From positions 32,001-96,000 of the forward strand of contig BTWA01000011.1 of NCBI GenBank assembly GCA_045863295.1: a stretch of 64,000 nt of DNA, in the 5' to 3' direction. The translations under genes were made by a program, and so were the position numbers. Position 1 is the first letter of the stretch, and the number at the start of each line of letters is the position of its first letter. The DNA is from Candidatus Hydrogenedentota bacterium (GTDB lineage Bacteria > Hydrogenedentota > Hydrogenedentia > Hydrogenedentales > SLHB01). The notes beneath the pieces were generated by a model. The model was not told the origin of the DNA, ran no database searches, and worked only from the letters and a program-made list of their open reading frames with translations. Shown here in pieces: positions 9,228 through 20,779 of the stretch.

Positions 9228-12068
9228 TTACAGATTCTCGAATGCCTCGTCCAACAACATCTGCTGCTCAAGCTTGTGGCTGCTTGCCGATCCGGTCGCA
9301 GGACTGGCCGACGCCGGACGGTACACGCCTTTCAACGGAAATTTGCCAAGCCACCGATCGCCAAACTTTCCGCGCATACGGCGCCATGCGCCCATGTTTT
9401 CCGGCTCTTCCTGCACCCAGTAGACCGGCGTATTTTCTTTGTACGGGTACAACGCGCTGGCCATGTGTTCGGGTTGAAGCGGATACAACTGCTCCACGCG
9501 CAGAATCGCCACGTTGGAAAGACCTTTTTGTTCTCGCACGGCATCCAGTTCGTAATAGATCTTGCCGCTGCACATGAGAATCCGGTCGACTCCCTCCACG
9601 CGTCCGTTCGCATCGGGCATCAGCCGTTGAAAACGCGTGCCGGCGCCGAATTCCGCAAGCGGCGATACGCACTTGGGATGGCGCAACAGACTCTTGGGAG
9701 TGATGACGATTAGCGGCTTGCGCCAAGGCCGGATCACCTGGCGCCGCAACACATGAAACATCTGCGCGGGAGTCGAAGGAACCACGACCTGCATGTTGTC
9801 TTCCGCGGTGAGACTCAGAAACCGTTCGATGCGCGCGCTCGAATGTTCTGGCCCCATGCCTTCAAAACCGTGCGGCAGGAGCATCGTAATATTGCTCAGG
9901 CTGTTCCACTTGTCTTCCGAACTCGAGATGAACTGGTCCAGGATCACCTGGGCCACATTGGCGAAATCGCCGAATTGCGCTTCCCAAATCGTTATGCCAT
10001 CAGGCGTGGCCAGACTGTAACCGTATTCGAATCCCAGCACCCCCGCTTCGGAAAGCGCGCTGTTGTACAACTCCACGGGCGCTTGCCGGTCGGCGAGGTG
10101 TTGCAGGGGCACGTATTTTTCGTCCGTGCGCATGTCATGCAGTACCGCATGGCGGTGACTGAATGTGCCCCGCTCGCTGTCCTGGCCGCTGATGCGCACA
10201 CGCGCGCCGCCGATGGCAAGCGATCCGAAGGCCAGCGCCTCGCCCGCGGCCCAGTCCAGCGCCTGCTTGCCGGCCGCCATTTCCACCCGCTGATCGAGAA
10301 TCCGCTGGATTTTCTCGTGCGGTTCAAACCACTCCGGCACCACCGCAGTCTTCTGAAGGATCGACGACAGTTGCTCCAATTCAACGCCCGTATCCACATC
10401 GGGCACGTCCCGATCGGGGCCGCCCCGGTATTGCTTCCAGAGCAGTCCCAGTGAACTCGGGCTCTTGGGAGCGGCAATCTTCTCCTTGGCTTCCTCGCTT
10501 CGGGCCGCGCTGAGTTCGGCTTCAAGGTGTTCACGTCGTTTGATCGCGATTTCTTCGGCTTCCTCCGGCGTGATGCCGCCCAATTCGAGTAGATGTTCGA
10601 GATACGCATCGCGCACGGTTTCCCGCTTGCGAATCGTCTGATACATCAGCGGCTGCGTGAACGCCGGTTCATCCCCTTCGTTGTGGCCGTACTTGCGATA
10701 GCAGTACATGTCGATGACCACATCGCGCTTGAACGTCATGCGGTATTCCATCGCCACATTGACGACTTGGGCTACCGCCTCGGGATCTTCCCCATTGACG
10801 TGGAAAATCGGCGTTTGAAGCATCTTGGCCACGTCGGCCGCGTACACGCTTGAACGCCCCTCCGACGGATTGGTTGTGAAACCGATCTGATTATTGACGA
10901 TGATGTGAAGCGTTCCGCCGCAGGAGTATGCATCCAACCCGCTGAGGTTCAGCGTCTCCTGGATAATCCCTTCGCCCGCGAACGCGGCGTCGCCATGGAT
11001 CAACACGGCCAGACCGCGTTCCCGATCCAGATCACGCTCCCGATCTTGTTTGGCCCGCACACGGCCCATCACCACCGTATTCACGAACTCGAGGTGACTC
11101 GGATTAAAACACAAAGCCAAATGCACGTTATGGCCGCGAAGTGTCTGCCAATTGGTGTGGTAGCCAAGGTGATATTTGACGTCGCCGCCGCCCTGGTGCA
11201 ATTCGGGCTTCTTGTCGTCGAACTCGCGGAAGATGTCGCGAGGACTCTTGCCCATGACATTGGCAAGCACATTCAGGCGGCCCCGGTGCGCCATGCCAAT
11301 GATGATTTCGTCAATTCGCTGCGCGCCGGCCTTTTCAACGGCGATGGCCAGCAACGGAACCAAGGTTTCGGCCCCTTCCAGGGAAAACCGCTTCGTGCCA
11401 ACATACTTCTTCTGAATAAACTCTTCAAAAATCACGGCATCGGTCAGGCGGGTGAATATGCGAAGCTGGTCCTCGCGGCTCAATTTCACATAGCCAAATT
11501 GGCCTTCCATGCGCTCTTCGAGCCACTCGCGTACAAACTGATTGTCGATATGCATGTATTGCACACCGATGGATCGACAGTACGTCTTGCGAAGGCGCGT
11601 AATGACTTTCTTAAGGGTAGGCCGCTTGACACCGTGCACAATGCCCACCGGAAGAGGCCGTTCGAAATCTTCATCCTTGAAATCGTAGAACTCCAGGTGA
11701 AGCTCGGGGATGTTCGTGCGGGGCATGCCCAACGGATCGATCTTGGCAATACGATGGCCGCGGCTGCGAAAATTGCGGATGAGCTTGTCCACACGGTGTT
11801 GAAAACTCGCGATTTCCGTCTGATTCGCGTCATACACCGCGCCTGCGGCAGGAGCACCGTGGCCATTGGACGGCGGATTGAATATGCTGGAGGTCCGGAA
11901 CGACGGGCCGGTCTTCACCGATCGTCCGTTTCCTTCCCGGCGGGCCAACTCCTCAAAATACGGCCGCCAATCCTGGGGAACGGATTCGCTGTCGCGCAGG
12001 AAATCCGCGTATAGCCCCTCGATAAACTCCAGGCTCAGATTGTCTGGCCCCTGGTTTTTCGTTGCCAT
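9228..12068 (-). CDS. sucA: 2-oxoglutarate dehydrogenase E1
   Basis: KRFSLEG, GMAHRGRLN, GDVKYHLG, HGDAAFAGEG, WEAQFGDF, GPEHSSAR. Confidence 0.98.
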   Translation of the reverse strand: MATKNQGPDNLSLEFIEGLYADFLRDSESVPQDWRPYFEELARREGNGRSVKTGPSFRTSSIFNPPSNGHGAPAAGAVYDANQTEIASFQHRVDKLIRNFRSRGHRIAKIDPLGMPRTNIPELHLEFYDFKDEDFERPLPVGIVHGVKRPTLKKVITRLRKTYCRSIGVQYMHIDNQFVREWLEERMEGQFGYVKLSREDQLRIFTRLTDAVIFEEFIQKKYVGTKRFSLEGAETLVPLLAIAVEKAGAQRIDEIIIGMAHRGRLNVLANVMGKSPRDIFREFDDKKPELHQGGGDVKYHLGYHTNWQTLRGHNVHLALCFNPSHLEFVNTVVMGRVRAKQDRERDLDRERGLAVLIHGDAAFAGEGIIQETLNLSGLDAYSCGGTLHIIVNNQIGFTTNPSEGRSSVYAADVAKMLQTPIFHVNGEDPEAVAQVVNVAMEYRMTFKRDVVIDMYCYRKYGHNEGDEPAFTQPLMYQTIRKRETVRDAYLEHLLELGGITPEEAEEIAIKRREHLEAELSAARSEEAKEKIAAPKSPSSLGLLWKQYRGGPDRDVPDVDTGVELEQLSSILQKTAVVPEWFEPHEKIQRILDQRVEMAAGKQALDWAAGEALAFGSLAIGGARVRISGQDSERGTFSHRHAVLHDMRTDEKYVPLQHLADRQAPVELYNSALSEAGVLGFEYGYSLATPDGITIWEAQFGDFANVAQVILDQFISSSEDKWNSLSNITMLLPHGFEGMGPEHSSARIERFLSLTAEDNMQVVVPSTPAQMFHVLRRQVIRPWRKPLIVITPKSLLRHPKCVSPLAEFGAGTRFQRLMPDANGRVEGVDRILMCSGKIYYELDAVREQKGLSNVAILRVEQLYPLQPEHMASALYPYKENTPVYWVQEEPENMGAWRRMRGKFGDRWLGKFPLKGVYRPASASPATGSASSHKLEQQMLLDEAFENL

Positions 12069-12358
12069 ACGGGTATTTCTTCAAACCTCCACAATTCGCC
12101 GGCCGCCATGGCTCCGGTTCTATACGCCGGACCTGCCCAAGGATTTGGGCAACCGGCCCTCCACCTGTAATTCATCCAAGACCATCGTTCAAACGACGTC
12201 GCATCCGCATAATACTCGAAAGTGCGCGGGATTAAAATTTTTTGGGCAAATTCCGCCCTTTTCGCCCGATCCGGCAGGGATTTCTGGAATGCACACAACT
12301 CGTCCGAATATACTCGTCCGCGCGCGACTTGATGCGCAGGTCTCATTCAGAATTGGGC

Positions 12359-13744
12359 ATGCCGGTATCGATGCCCTTGGAATTCACCGTGACGCCGCAC
12401 AGTCTTCAATGCATATCCGGCTGGGGCAATGCCCCACGGGAACAGTGTCAGATTTACCGGCCCAATACCCCGGATTCCATTCGGGAAACCCTTGATAACG
12501 GCATCGCCTCGACTTGGATACCGCGCGGGCTGGGCCGCAGCTATGGTGACCCGGCCATTAATGGTAATGCCGGTGTAATTGCCCTGGACCGAACGAATTG
12601 CATGATCTCGTTTGATTCCAGGTCCGGAATCCTGGAAGCGGAAGCAGGGGTCAGTCTGGCGGAAATTATTGATGCCTTCTTGCCCCGGGGCTGGTTTTTG
12701 CCGGTCACGCCGGGCACCAAGTTTGTAACCCTCGGCGGCGCCATCGCCAACGACATTCACGGCAAGAATCACCATGTAGACGGGTCGTTCAGCCGGTATG
12801 TGATGGATTTCACACTGCTGACGCCGAACGGCTCGGTGCTGAACTGCTCGCGCGATCTGAATGCAGATGTCTTTTGGGCCACCGTCGGCGGCATTGGGCT
12901 GACGGGAATTATCCTCACGGTTCGCATGCAACTGCTGAAAGTGGAATCGGCCTACATCCGGACTGACTACCGGCGGTGCCCAAACGTCGAAGTCTTGTTG
13001 CAGGCCATCGCCGAAACCGATCAGGCGTACCGCTATTCGGTAGCCTGGGTGGACTGTTTGGCCACGGGAGCCTATTTGGGCCGATCCGTTCTCATGTCCG
13101 GCGATCATGTCCGTGCGGCCGATATGCCCCACGACGCGGATCCCTTCTACGTCAAGCCCAAGCCCAAGAAATCGGTTCCCTTCGAATTTCCGGAGATGGC
13201 CTTGAATCCCTGGTCCATCGGCGCCTTCAACGAGATTTTCTATATGCGCCACCCAACCGCGTACGATACGATCGTCGATTACGACACATACTTCTATCCC
13301 CTGGACTCAATCCACTCGTGGAACCGGATCTACGGCCGCCGCGGGTTTACCCAGTACCAGGCTACAGTCCCAGACGGCGAAGAACAGGGCATCGTGACGC
13401 TGTTGGAGCGGCTGAGCGAATCCGGCAGGGCGTCGTTTCTCGCGGTGCTGAAACGAATGGGACCGGCGGGACCGGGCCTCCTTTCGCACCCGATTTCCGG
13501 GTACACGCTGACCCTGGACATTCCCATGCGTGACGGATTGGTCCCCTTTCTGCACGAACTGGATGAGATTCTGCTCAAACACCGCGGAAGGCTCTATCTG
13601 GCCAAAGATGTGTGCACACGTCCCGAGACCTTTGCGGCAATGTATCCGCGGCTGGACGAGTTTCGAGCGATCAAGGCTCGCCTCGATCCGCAAAATCGGA
13701 TTTCCTCGCGCATGGCGAGGCGCCTCAAAATCGTACCCGCCTGA
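12359..13744 (+). CDS. FAD-binding oxidoreductase, decaprenylphosphoryl-ribose oxidase (DprE1)-like
   Basis: SGWG, RGLGRSYGD, PVTPGTKFVTLGGAIANDIHGKNHH, YSVAWVD, SFLAVLK, GRLYLAKD; start uncertain (12359/12371/12389). Confidence 0.88.
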   Translation: MPVSMPLEFTVTPHSLQCISGWGNAPREQCQIYRPNTPDSIRETLDNGIASTWIPRGLGRSYGDPAINGNAGVIALDRTNCMISFDSRSGILEAEAGVSLAEIIDAFLPRGWFLPVTPGTKFVTLGGAIANDIHGKNHHVDGSFSRYVMDFTLLTPNGSVLNCSRDLNADVFWATVGGIGLTGIILTVRMQLLKVESAYIRTDYRRCPNVEVLLQAIAETDQAYRYSVAWVDCLATGAYLGRSVLMSGDHVRAADMPHDADPFYVKPKPKKSVPFEFPEMALNPWSIGAFNEIFYMRHPTAYDTIVDYDTYFYPLDSIHSWNRIYGRRGFTQYQATVPDGEEQGIVTLLERLSESGRASFLAVLKRMGPAGPGLLSHPISGYTLTLDIPMRDGLVPFLHELDEILLKHRGRLYLAKDVCTRPETFAAMYPRLDEFRAIKARLDPQNRISSRMARRLKIVPA

Positions 13745-13745
13745 T

Positions 13746-14204
13746 TCAGTCGTACTGCGCAAGTTCCAATATCACCCCGTCGGGATCGCGAAAATAACAG
13801 AGCGACTTGTGACCGGCATCGTGCTTTACGACGCTTCCAGGCACGGTTACCGGATCAGCGAACACGCACGCGCCGGACCGGCGAATGCGGTCCACCATCA
13901 ATTCAATGTCCGAGACACGCAATGCGACGTGGCGTAAGCCAACCGTGTTGGGCAATGCGGTCTCCGGAACGGTTGCGCCCTGGGGCATGTGATACTGGAT
14001 TAATTCGAATCGCGGCTCTCCGCCCTCGGGCACCACAAACACCACATCCGCGGAAACGCCTTTCAATCCCACGATGGACTCTATCCACGCGCCTTCAAGA
14101 TGCGCGCGCCGGGTCTCCCGAAACCCCAGTACCTCCGTGTAAAAACGAACCGATCGCTCTAAATCGGAAACAACGATGTTGATATGATCGACGCAACGAA
14201 TCAT
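13746..14204 (-). CDS. VOC/glyoxalase family protein
   Basis: DHINIVVSDLERSVRFY...ELIQY...GLRHVALRV...YFRDPDGVILEL. Confidence 0.9.
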   Translation of the reverse strand: MIRCVDHINIVVSDLERSVRFYTEVLGFRETRRAHLEGAWIESIVGLKGVSADVVFVVPEGGEPRFELIQYHMPQGATVPETALPNTVGLRHVALRVSDIELMVDRIRRSGACVFADPVTVPGSVVKHDAGHKSLCYFRDPDGVILELAQYD

Positions 14205-14237
14205 GAACCGTCCTTTTTGCAATCACGCTGTGGTTGT

Positions 14238-16670
14238 CTACGAACTGCCGGACACCGTTCGGCGCGTGCCGTCCGGAAGGATTTCCGTCGCGTGCGTTCC
14301 GCCGAGAATGATGTGCTTCACGATGCGGTTGTCGCTGCTGACAAACAATGCAAATGCATCCGCATCGCTTTCCCATGTTCCCACACCCCACGGATTGCCC
14401 CCAGGCGCGGTACGAAACGCCACAACGTGCGTTCCTCCGGGATCCTGCAATGCAACTCCACGGCCGGTTTCGGACTGAATCGGTTGCACCACCGGCAGGG
14501 AATTCTCCCCGCCCTCGCGGTACGGAATCAAGACGGTGACGGGCTGGTACACGGCGACCTTGTGGGGAGTATACGCCGTGAAATGAAATTGGGGCGGTTC
14601 ACCGTTCTCCGGTGGAGGCGTAGCGCCTGCCCGCTGTCCAAACTGAAGATTCTCGCTGTGCACGAATCGCACGCGGCATCGCGCGGCACCTTGAGCAATG
14701 GTCACGGTCTGGTAGGGTTCGTCCAACTGCATTTCGGAAAGCGCGTGCAAATTCCATTCGACAATTGCAGGCGCCGGCACGACTACATCGTCAAACAACA
14801 CGTAGATTCCGGGCCGAAGGTGAATAACGCGGCGCATTGCTTTTGTAAGCCGGCCTTGGTAGGCCGCGGTCGCATCTCCGGTCAATGCGTCGTAATGCAG
14901 GGTGCTGCGGAATGCCGTAACGGTTCCCTTGGACTTCGGATCGCGCGGTACCTGCCCCAGTCCACCGTCGATGGTGATGGTGTTGGATGACTTTGATTCC
15001 CACTGCCAGAGGCGATGGTGATCGGACCCATACCAAGGATAATAACCCGATGCAATGGCGATTGCTTCGCCAAACGCCTCCAGGGTAAAAGCATTCTGAT
15101 CGGCGTGTCCATGGCTTATGGACCCGTACGGATCGCTCTTGAACAGAAAATGAATGTCGTTGGCCGCGTCGCCCAGATCCGTATGCAATGAGGCGAGCCC
15201 CACGCCGGGAAACAAACATGACGGAGGCAGGCCGGAAGGCGGCTTGGCCTGCAACTCCGGCTTTTCCAAGGCAACGCCCAGAATGGTGACGCCGGGGCCC
15301 GCTTCCCAGGCATCGGAATACCAGCGAAAATAGGGATTGTCCAACAAACTGGAAAACCAATACATGAGATGACCGCGGCCCTTCGTGGAAGGACCGTGTT
15401 CGCCATCTCCAAATGGAGATATCTTGGCGTAAGGCGGATTCGTGTACAAAAGGTAATAGGGCGTCGCGCTCAGGAACGGCTTATGCATCAGATCGATGCC
15501 GGTTCCATTGCGCAACGCGGTGACGAAATGGAGCACGAATCCCATGTAAGCGCCCCAATACGAAGGGCCTTCGTGCCAGCCGCCGTCTTCCTTTCCCCAC
15601 GCCGGATAACAATTCCAGTAGCAAGTGAGCACATAGTCCAGCCATTCCCTGGCCTCGGGCCACTCGTGGGCAAACGCGATGCACGCCTCTCCCAGAAATC
15701 CCAGGGTGCGTCCGGCGTGGCTCTCGTAGGGGTTGGTGTGAAACTGCCGGCGGTTCCGGAGATGATCGTAGAACTGCGCCGCGCGCGTGTGCATGACTTC
15801 CTCGACCATCTTTCGCTCTTCCGCGCTGAAAAGCGTGTACGTCCAATCGTACGACCGCACGCCCCGCATCATCATCCACATCGCGGGCTCGTCGTTATTG
15901 GGATAGGCCGTGCTGCCGTCGGGATCCCACGACATGAAGTGGATCAGCCTGCGGCGCGCTTCTTGCCCAAAGCGCTCGTCGCCCGTGCACAGATAGAGAA
16001 GCGCGCAATCTTCCATGCGATCCATATCCGGCCGCGTGCTTCGAATGACCTCGGCAAACATCCGGCCGCGTTCAGCCCCCTCACCGGTGATAGGCGGTGG
16101 TTCGGCCACCAATGACGCACCAACGACCGGCTCGCAGATCTCCCGCAACGATTGAAGACGCGCGGCCAGCGCGCCGGACACGGCACGCTCGCGAATGGCG
16201 GGTAGTGAAGACTCATTGACGAACATGCGCGGACGGGATTGCGGCACGCGTTCGATCGATTCCGCTACATCGGGATAAGGCAGTGCCGTGGCGTTATCCG
16301 GTACGGTAAAACTGCGTATGCCGCTGTAAGCAACAGGGTGGCCTTCCCGTTTGACGCCGTACCGCCAATACCATGGACCCGGCTTCAACGGTTCCGGCAG
16401 GGCATACGTGGAAACAGGGAGGTTGTCACGACGGATTAGTCCCTTTGTGCCATCCGGACTGGCAGCAATTTCCAACACATACGTGACAGTGTCATCGGCC
16501 GGTGGTACCCATGTGAACGGCGGCGGATTCAAGCTTACCGTTACGCCGTCATCAGGCGTGAGAGGAAGTTGATTCGGACCGGGCGGTATGTCGACCAGTG
16601 TCTCCTGGGAAAGCGCCGGAAATCCTGTTACCCAGAAAATCGCAAGGAAAATAGCCCCGAGCAATCGCAT
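14238..16670 (-). CDS. Secreted heparinase II/III-family (DUF4962, oligo-alginate-lyase-like) protein
   Basis: Signal peptide; NPPPFTW; RPRMF; WGKEDGGWHEGPSYW; SHGHADQNAF. Confidence 0.8.
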   Translation of the reverse strand: MRLLGAIFLAIFWVTGFPALSQETLVDIPPGPNQLPLTPDDGVTVSLNPPPFTWVPPADDTVTYVLEIAASPDGTKGLIRRDNLPVSTYALPEPLKPGPWYWRYGVKREGHPVAYSGIRSFTVPDNATALPYPDVAESIERVPQSRPRMFVNESSLPAIRERAVSGALAARLQSLREICEPVVGASLVAEPPPITGEGAERGRMFAEVIRSTRPDMDRMEDCALLYLCTGDERFGQEARRRLIHFMSWDPDGSTAYPNNDEPAMWMMMRGVRSYDWTYTLFSAEERKMVEEVMHTRAAQFYDHLRNRRQFHTNPYESHAGRTLGFLGEACIAFAHEWPEAREWLDYVLTCYWNCYPAWGKEDGGWHEGPSYWGAYMGFVLHFVTALRNGTGIDLMHKPFLSATPYYLLYTNPPYAKISPFGDGEHGPSTKGRGHLMYWFSSLLDNPYFRWYSDAWEAGPGVTILGVALEKPELQAKPPSGLPPSCLFPGVGLASLHTDLGDAANDIHFLFKSDPYGSISHGHADQNAFTLEAFGEAIAIASGYYPWYGSDHHRLWQWESKSSNTITIDGGLGQVPRDPKSKGTVTAFRSTLHYDALTGDATAAYQGRLTKAMRRVIHLRPGIYVLFDDVVVPAPAIVEWNLHALSEMQLDEPYQTVTIAQGAARCRVRFVHSENLQFGQRAGATPPPENGEPPQFHFTAYTPHKVAVYQPVTVLIPYREGGENSLPVVQPIQSETGRGVALQDPGGTHVVAFRTAPGGNPWGVGTWESDADAFALFVSSDNRIVKHIILGGTHATEILPDGTRRTVSGSS

Positions 16671-16816
16671 GTCGGATCCCCCCGTGAATCCTGTACACCG
16701 CCGCGGGCATTCTAGGCGGGTTTCAGCGGGTGGTTCAACGCGAATGAATCGGAATTGGCAGCACGCTTCGGGAAGAGTACAATAATCTCGCATACAAACC
16801 GGGGAGTCCTATCTGA

Positions 16817-18148
16817 ATGAATAAGTCCGCGATACGATGGCTGTACGGAGAATTGCCCACTCTTGTGGCGGGCGGAATCGTGTCGCAGGAATCCGCCGAT
16901 CGGATTCAGGAGCACTACGGCCCCGTCGAGGAATCCTTTTCGCGGACCAACGTGGCCATGGTGATCATCAGTGCACTGTGTGCCTTGCTGATCGGCCTGG
17001 GCCTGATTCTGATTCTCGCGCACAACTGGGACATGTATCCCCGATGGGTCAAGACAGTAATGTCTCTGTTGCCCATGGTGACCGGGCAAGCGCTTTGCCT
17101 GTTCGCCGTTTACCGTTTTAAGGATTCCCGGGCCTGGGGCGAGGGCGCAGGTACATGGCTGGGCTTGTCCATTGGCTCGTCCATTGCCCTCATTTCACAG
17201 ACCTATCATATTGAAGGTTCGTTCCATCAGTTCCTCCTGACATGGGTGCTGTTGGGCCTTCCCATCCTGTATTCGATGAACGCGATACTCCCCGGCATTT
17301 TGTACATTGCTGGCATCACGTTCTGGTGCGCTTCAAGCACCACCGAAGACGTATCGCCCATGTGGTATTTCGGGTTGTTAGCGCTTGCACTACCATACTT
17401 TGCCGTGCGCATCCGGCGCAGTGACGCGCCAATTGGCGGCGCCTTTCTGGCCTGGACTGTGTGCATCAGCCTGTGCGTCAGTCTCGGTTTCGCATTGGAG
17501 AAGACGCTGCCGGGACTATGGATCGTTATCTATTCCAGCCTTCTGGCGGGGATGTACCTTTTCGGACTCCGCTACGTTATGGAAGGAGAGCGAAGGGGCT
17601 GGCACCGTGCACCGCTCTACATCGGCGCGGGCGGCGTCGCCGTAATGAGTCTGCTTCTAAGCTACAGTTGGCCCTGGGAAAACATCGGCTGGAACCACTG
17701 GCGCTATGGCGACGACTATTCGCTCTTCGGCGGCATCCTGGACGGTGTCATTGCCGCCTTTCTGTTGGGCACGGCGTCCGTCCAGTTCCTGTTGCGGCTT
17801 CGATTGAAGCGCGCGGACGCCCTCTTCATCGGTCTAGCACCATGGATAGGACTGGCGTGTTATGGCATCGTCAGTCTCAGTGAACACATGGAGTTAATTC
17901 CGATGCTGATTTACAACGTGTACCTTCTGGTGCTCGGCGGGAGCTTATTGAGCGTCGGATTGAAAATGTTGCGGTTCAGCCTCGTTAACGCCGGTGTGGC
18001 CATACTTTCAGGCTGGATCATTGCCCGCTTCTTAGACGTGGATATGGGCTTCCTGGTGCGGGGCCTTGTGTTTATCGCCGTGGGCACGGCGCTGTTGGGT
18101 GTGAACATCTACATGCTGAAGGCGAAAAGGAAACCGGCCAATGCCTAA
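16817..18148 (+). CDS. DUF2157 domain membrane protein
   Basis: 'WLYGELPTLVAGGIVS..ADRI..HY', 'GLILILAHNW', 'SIALISQTYHI'; many TM helices. Confidence 0.82.
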   Translation: MNKSAIRWLYGELPTLVAGGIVSQESADRIQEHYGPVEESFSRTNVAMVIISALCALLIGLGLILILAHNWDMYPRWVKTVMSLLPMVTGQALCLFAVYRFKDSRAWGEGAGTWLGLSIGSSIALISQTYHIEGSFHQFLLTWVLLGLPILYSMNAILPGILYIAGITFWCASSTTEDVSPMWYFGLLALALPYFAVRIRRSDAPIGGAFLAWTVCISLCVSLGFALEKTLPGLWIVIYSSLLAGMYLFGLRYVMEGERRGWHRAPLYIGAGGVAVMSLLLSYSWPWENIGWNHWRYGDDYSLFGGILDGVIAAFLLGTASVQFLLRLRLKRADALFIGLAPWIGLACYGIVSLSEHMELIPMLIYNVYLLVLGGSLLSVGLKMLRFSLVNAGVAILSGWIIARFLDVDMGFLVRGLVFIAVGTALLGVNIYMLKAKRKPANA

Positions 18149-18719
18149 CACCCTCAAGATTGGAATTCTCGTTGTGGGCGCTCTGGCGCAGCTCGCAGTA
18201 CCGGTGTGGATGATAGCGGGTAAAGAGCGGACGCTGCGCGAAGGTCTCCCGTTCAAGTTTCGAACCGCCCCCGTCGATCCCGCCGACGTCTTTCGAGGTC
18301 GGTACGTCGCGCTGGCGTTTGAAGCACAGACCGCGCCGGTGCCCGAGGGCATGGTGCTCGGCTACGACGATGTGGTATACGCCGTCGTGGAAGCGGATGA
18401 AGATGGATTCGCCAAAATTGCTTCCCTGGCGCTAACCCCGCCCTCCGTGCCCAACCACATGAAGATCCGCGTAAGTTACGTGAACTACGACGAGAAGACC
18501 GTTCAACTGATTTTTCCGTTCGACCGGTTTTATATGGAAGAATCGTTCGCACCCGCCGCCGAACAGGCGTATTTCGCCAATCGCAATATGAGGGGCGAAC
18601 CCGCGAAAACCTATGCCCTCGTGCGAATTCTAAACGGCGATTCCACGATCGAGAATCTCTACATCGACGACATCCCGATTCGCGATTTTGTGTTGCAGCA
18701 AGAGATCCCGCAACCGTGA
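18141..18719 (+). CDS. GDYXXLXY domain protein
   Basis: [23 protein letters not shown]; usual partner of DUF2157; overlaps the upstream gene by 8 nt. Confidence 0.85.
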   Translation: MPNTLKIGILVVGALAQLAVPVWMIAGKERTLREGLPFKFRTAPVDPADVFRGRYVALAFEAQTAPVPEGMVLGYDDVVYAVVEADEDGFAKIASLALTPPSVPNHMKIRVSYVNYDEKTVQLIFPFDRFYMEESFAPAAEQAYFANRNMRGEPAKTYALVRILNGDSTIENLYIDDIPIRDFVLQQEIPQP

Positions 18720-19723
18720 CGGCCGCGCAGGCAACAAACACCCAGTTCCGGGATCGCAACGTGCTCGTGCTAGGCGGCCTCGGATTCATCGGAAGCAACC
18801 TCGCCGTGCGGTGCAATGAACTCGGCGCACACGTTACCGTGGTCGATTCGCTCATGAATCACGGTGGCGGCAACCTCGCCAACCTCGACGGCTACGGCGC
18901 CATCAAGGTCATTATCAACGACATCCGCGACTATTCCCTCATAAGCCGTGTCATGCCGGATCAGGATTTCGTGTTCAATTGTGCCGGGCACACCTCGCAC
19001 ACCTACTCCAACCGGGATCCGTTTCTCGATATCGACATCAATTGCAGGGGTACCATGAATGTGCTGGAAGCCGTGCGCAAAGAAAACCCCGATGCGCGCG
19101 TCCTATACGTGGGCACAAGCACGCAGTGCGGTCCTATGCTGCGCGATCCTATCGACGAGGCCCATCCCGAATTCCCGTTGGACATCTACTCCGCCAACAA
19201 AGTGGTCGCCGAAAAATACCACCTCATCTACCACCGGTTGCATGGACTTCGCACATCTGTCGTGCGGCTGGGAAACGTGTTCGGCCCGCGCGCCAATATC
19301 AAGAGCAGCGAAGGCGGCGTGCTCAATTTCTTTATCGGGCTGGCCCTCCAAGGCAAAGACTTGACCATCTACGGCGAAGGACGCCAGCGTCGCAACATGC
19401 TCTATGTCGACGATTGCGTCGAAGCGCTGCTGTGCACCGCCGCATCCGGCAACGCAATGGGTACCGTCCTCTTTGCCGCGGGGGATACCGAACACTCCGT
19501 CGCGGAATTTGCGGAAATGACCGTCGAAACATTTAACCACGGCCGCGTGGTCCACGTGCCATGGCCGGAAGAGTGGATCTCCTGCGATGTGGGCGACGTG
19601 TCCATCAGCAACGCACGCATCCGCGATTGCGTCGGTTGGGCGCCCCGGGTCACGGTGAGCGAGGGTCTAAAATCTACGCGGGCCTTTTACGAGTCCCGCA
19701 TGGGCTCTTATCTGCCTGCCTAA
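18716..19723 (+). CDS. NAD-dependent epimerase/dehydratase
   Basis: [28 protein letters not shown] overlap with the upstream stop. Confidence 0.9.
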   Translation: MTAAQATNTQFRDRNVLVLGGLGFIGSNLAVRCNELGAHVTVVDSLMNHGGGNLANLDGYGAIKVIINDIRDYSLISRVMPDQDFVFNCAGHTSHTYSNRDPFLDIDINCRGTMNVLEAVRKENPDARVLYVGTSTQCGPMLRDPIDEAHPEFPLDIYSANKVVAEKYHLIYHRLHGLRTSVVRLGNVFGPRANIKSSEGGVLNFFIGLALQGKDLTIYGEGRQRRNMLYVDDCVEALLCTAASGNAMGTVLFAAGDTEHSVAEFAEMTVETFNHGRVVHVPWPEEWISCDVGDVSISNARIRDCVGWAPRVTVSEGLKSTRAFYESRMGSYLPA

Positions 19724-19801
19724 GCTACCTTTCATGTTGTATTTGACCCTTGCGCACATTAAGGTACTGACTTACATCGTCATTCAGCAAAAGGGACGCT
19801 C

Positions 19802-20779
19802 ATGAAAATTCAGGTCGTTGGCGGGGGCAGTTGGGGATTGGCGCTGGCACGGCTGTTGGCAAAGAACGGCCACGCCGTGCGCCTGTGGTGCCGCGAGGAA
19901 GACGACCCTCAGCACTTGCGCGAGACTCGTCAAAGCCGTTACTTTCTGCCCGGCGTGGCCATGCCGGATTCGATTGACGTTTCGCCCGAGGCCGACATCC
20001 ACGCGGATATGGCGGTGCTCGCCGTCCCCAGCCACGCGATGCGCGGCGCCATCTCCCGATTTCGCTTTCCCAAGGAAACCATCCTCGTAAATGTTGCCAA
20101 AGGAATCGAAAACGAAACGCTCCTGTGCATGCACGAGGTAATTCGGACGGTCTACGGCCCGTGCACCGTGGCCACGCTGTCCGGACCGAGCCACGCGGAA
20201 GAAGTGGCCAAAGACTTGCCCGCTACCCTGGTCGCCGCCAGCGAAGACCACGCAGTTGCCGAAATGGTGCAGCAGACCTTTATGGCCGATACATTTCGGG
20301 TCTACACGTCGGATGACATCACCGGGGTTGAACTCGGCGGCTCGATCAAAAACGTAATCGCCGTGGCCGCCGGCGTGTGCGACGCATTCGGACTTGGCGA
20401 CAACGCCAAGGCCGCGCTGATCACACGGGGCCTCGCAGAAATGGCGCGGCTCGGCGCGGCCATGGGGGCGCACCCCCTCACATTCTCAGGACTGAGCGGC
20501 ATGGGCGATCTGATCGTGACCTGCGAAAGCCGCCACTCGCGCAACCGGGCTTTTGGAGAACGCATCGCGCGCGGCGAACGTATCGAGGAGTTCGAGAAGT
20601 CCACGCACATGGTGGCAGAGGGTGTGCGCACTGCAAAATCCGCTCACGCCCTCGCGGTGCGTCACAATGTGCCCATGCCCATCACCGAACAGGTGTACCA
20701 GGTTATCTACGAGAACGCCGACCCGCGCGAAGCCGTCGCGGCCCTCATGCAACGGGACGCAAAACCCGAGCGCCAATAA
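19802..20779 (+). CDS. gpsA: NAD(P)H-dependent glycerol-3-phosphate dehydrogenase
   Basis: GGGSWG, AKGIE, LSGPSHAEEV, GVELGGSIKNVIA, GMGDLIVTC.SRHSRN. Confidence 0.96.
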   Translation: MKIQVVGGGSWGLALARLLAKNGHAVRLWCREEDDPQHLRETRQSRYFLPGVAMPDSIDVSPEADIHADMAVLAVPSHAMRGAISRFRFPKETILVNVAKGIENETLLCMHEVIRTVYGPCTVATLSGPSHAEEVAKDLPATLVAASEDHAVAEMVQQTFMADTFRVYTSDDITGVELGGSIKNVIAVAAGVCDAFGLGDNAKAALITRGLAEMARLGAAMGAHPLTFSGLSGMGDLIVTCESRHSRNRAFGERIARGERIEEFEKSTHMVAEGVRTAKSAHALAVRHNVPMPITEQVYQVIYENADPREAVAALMQRDAKPERQ

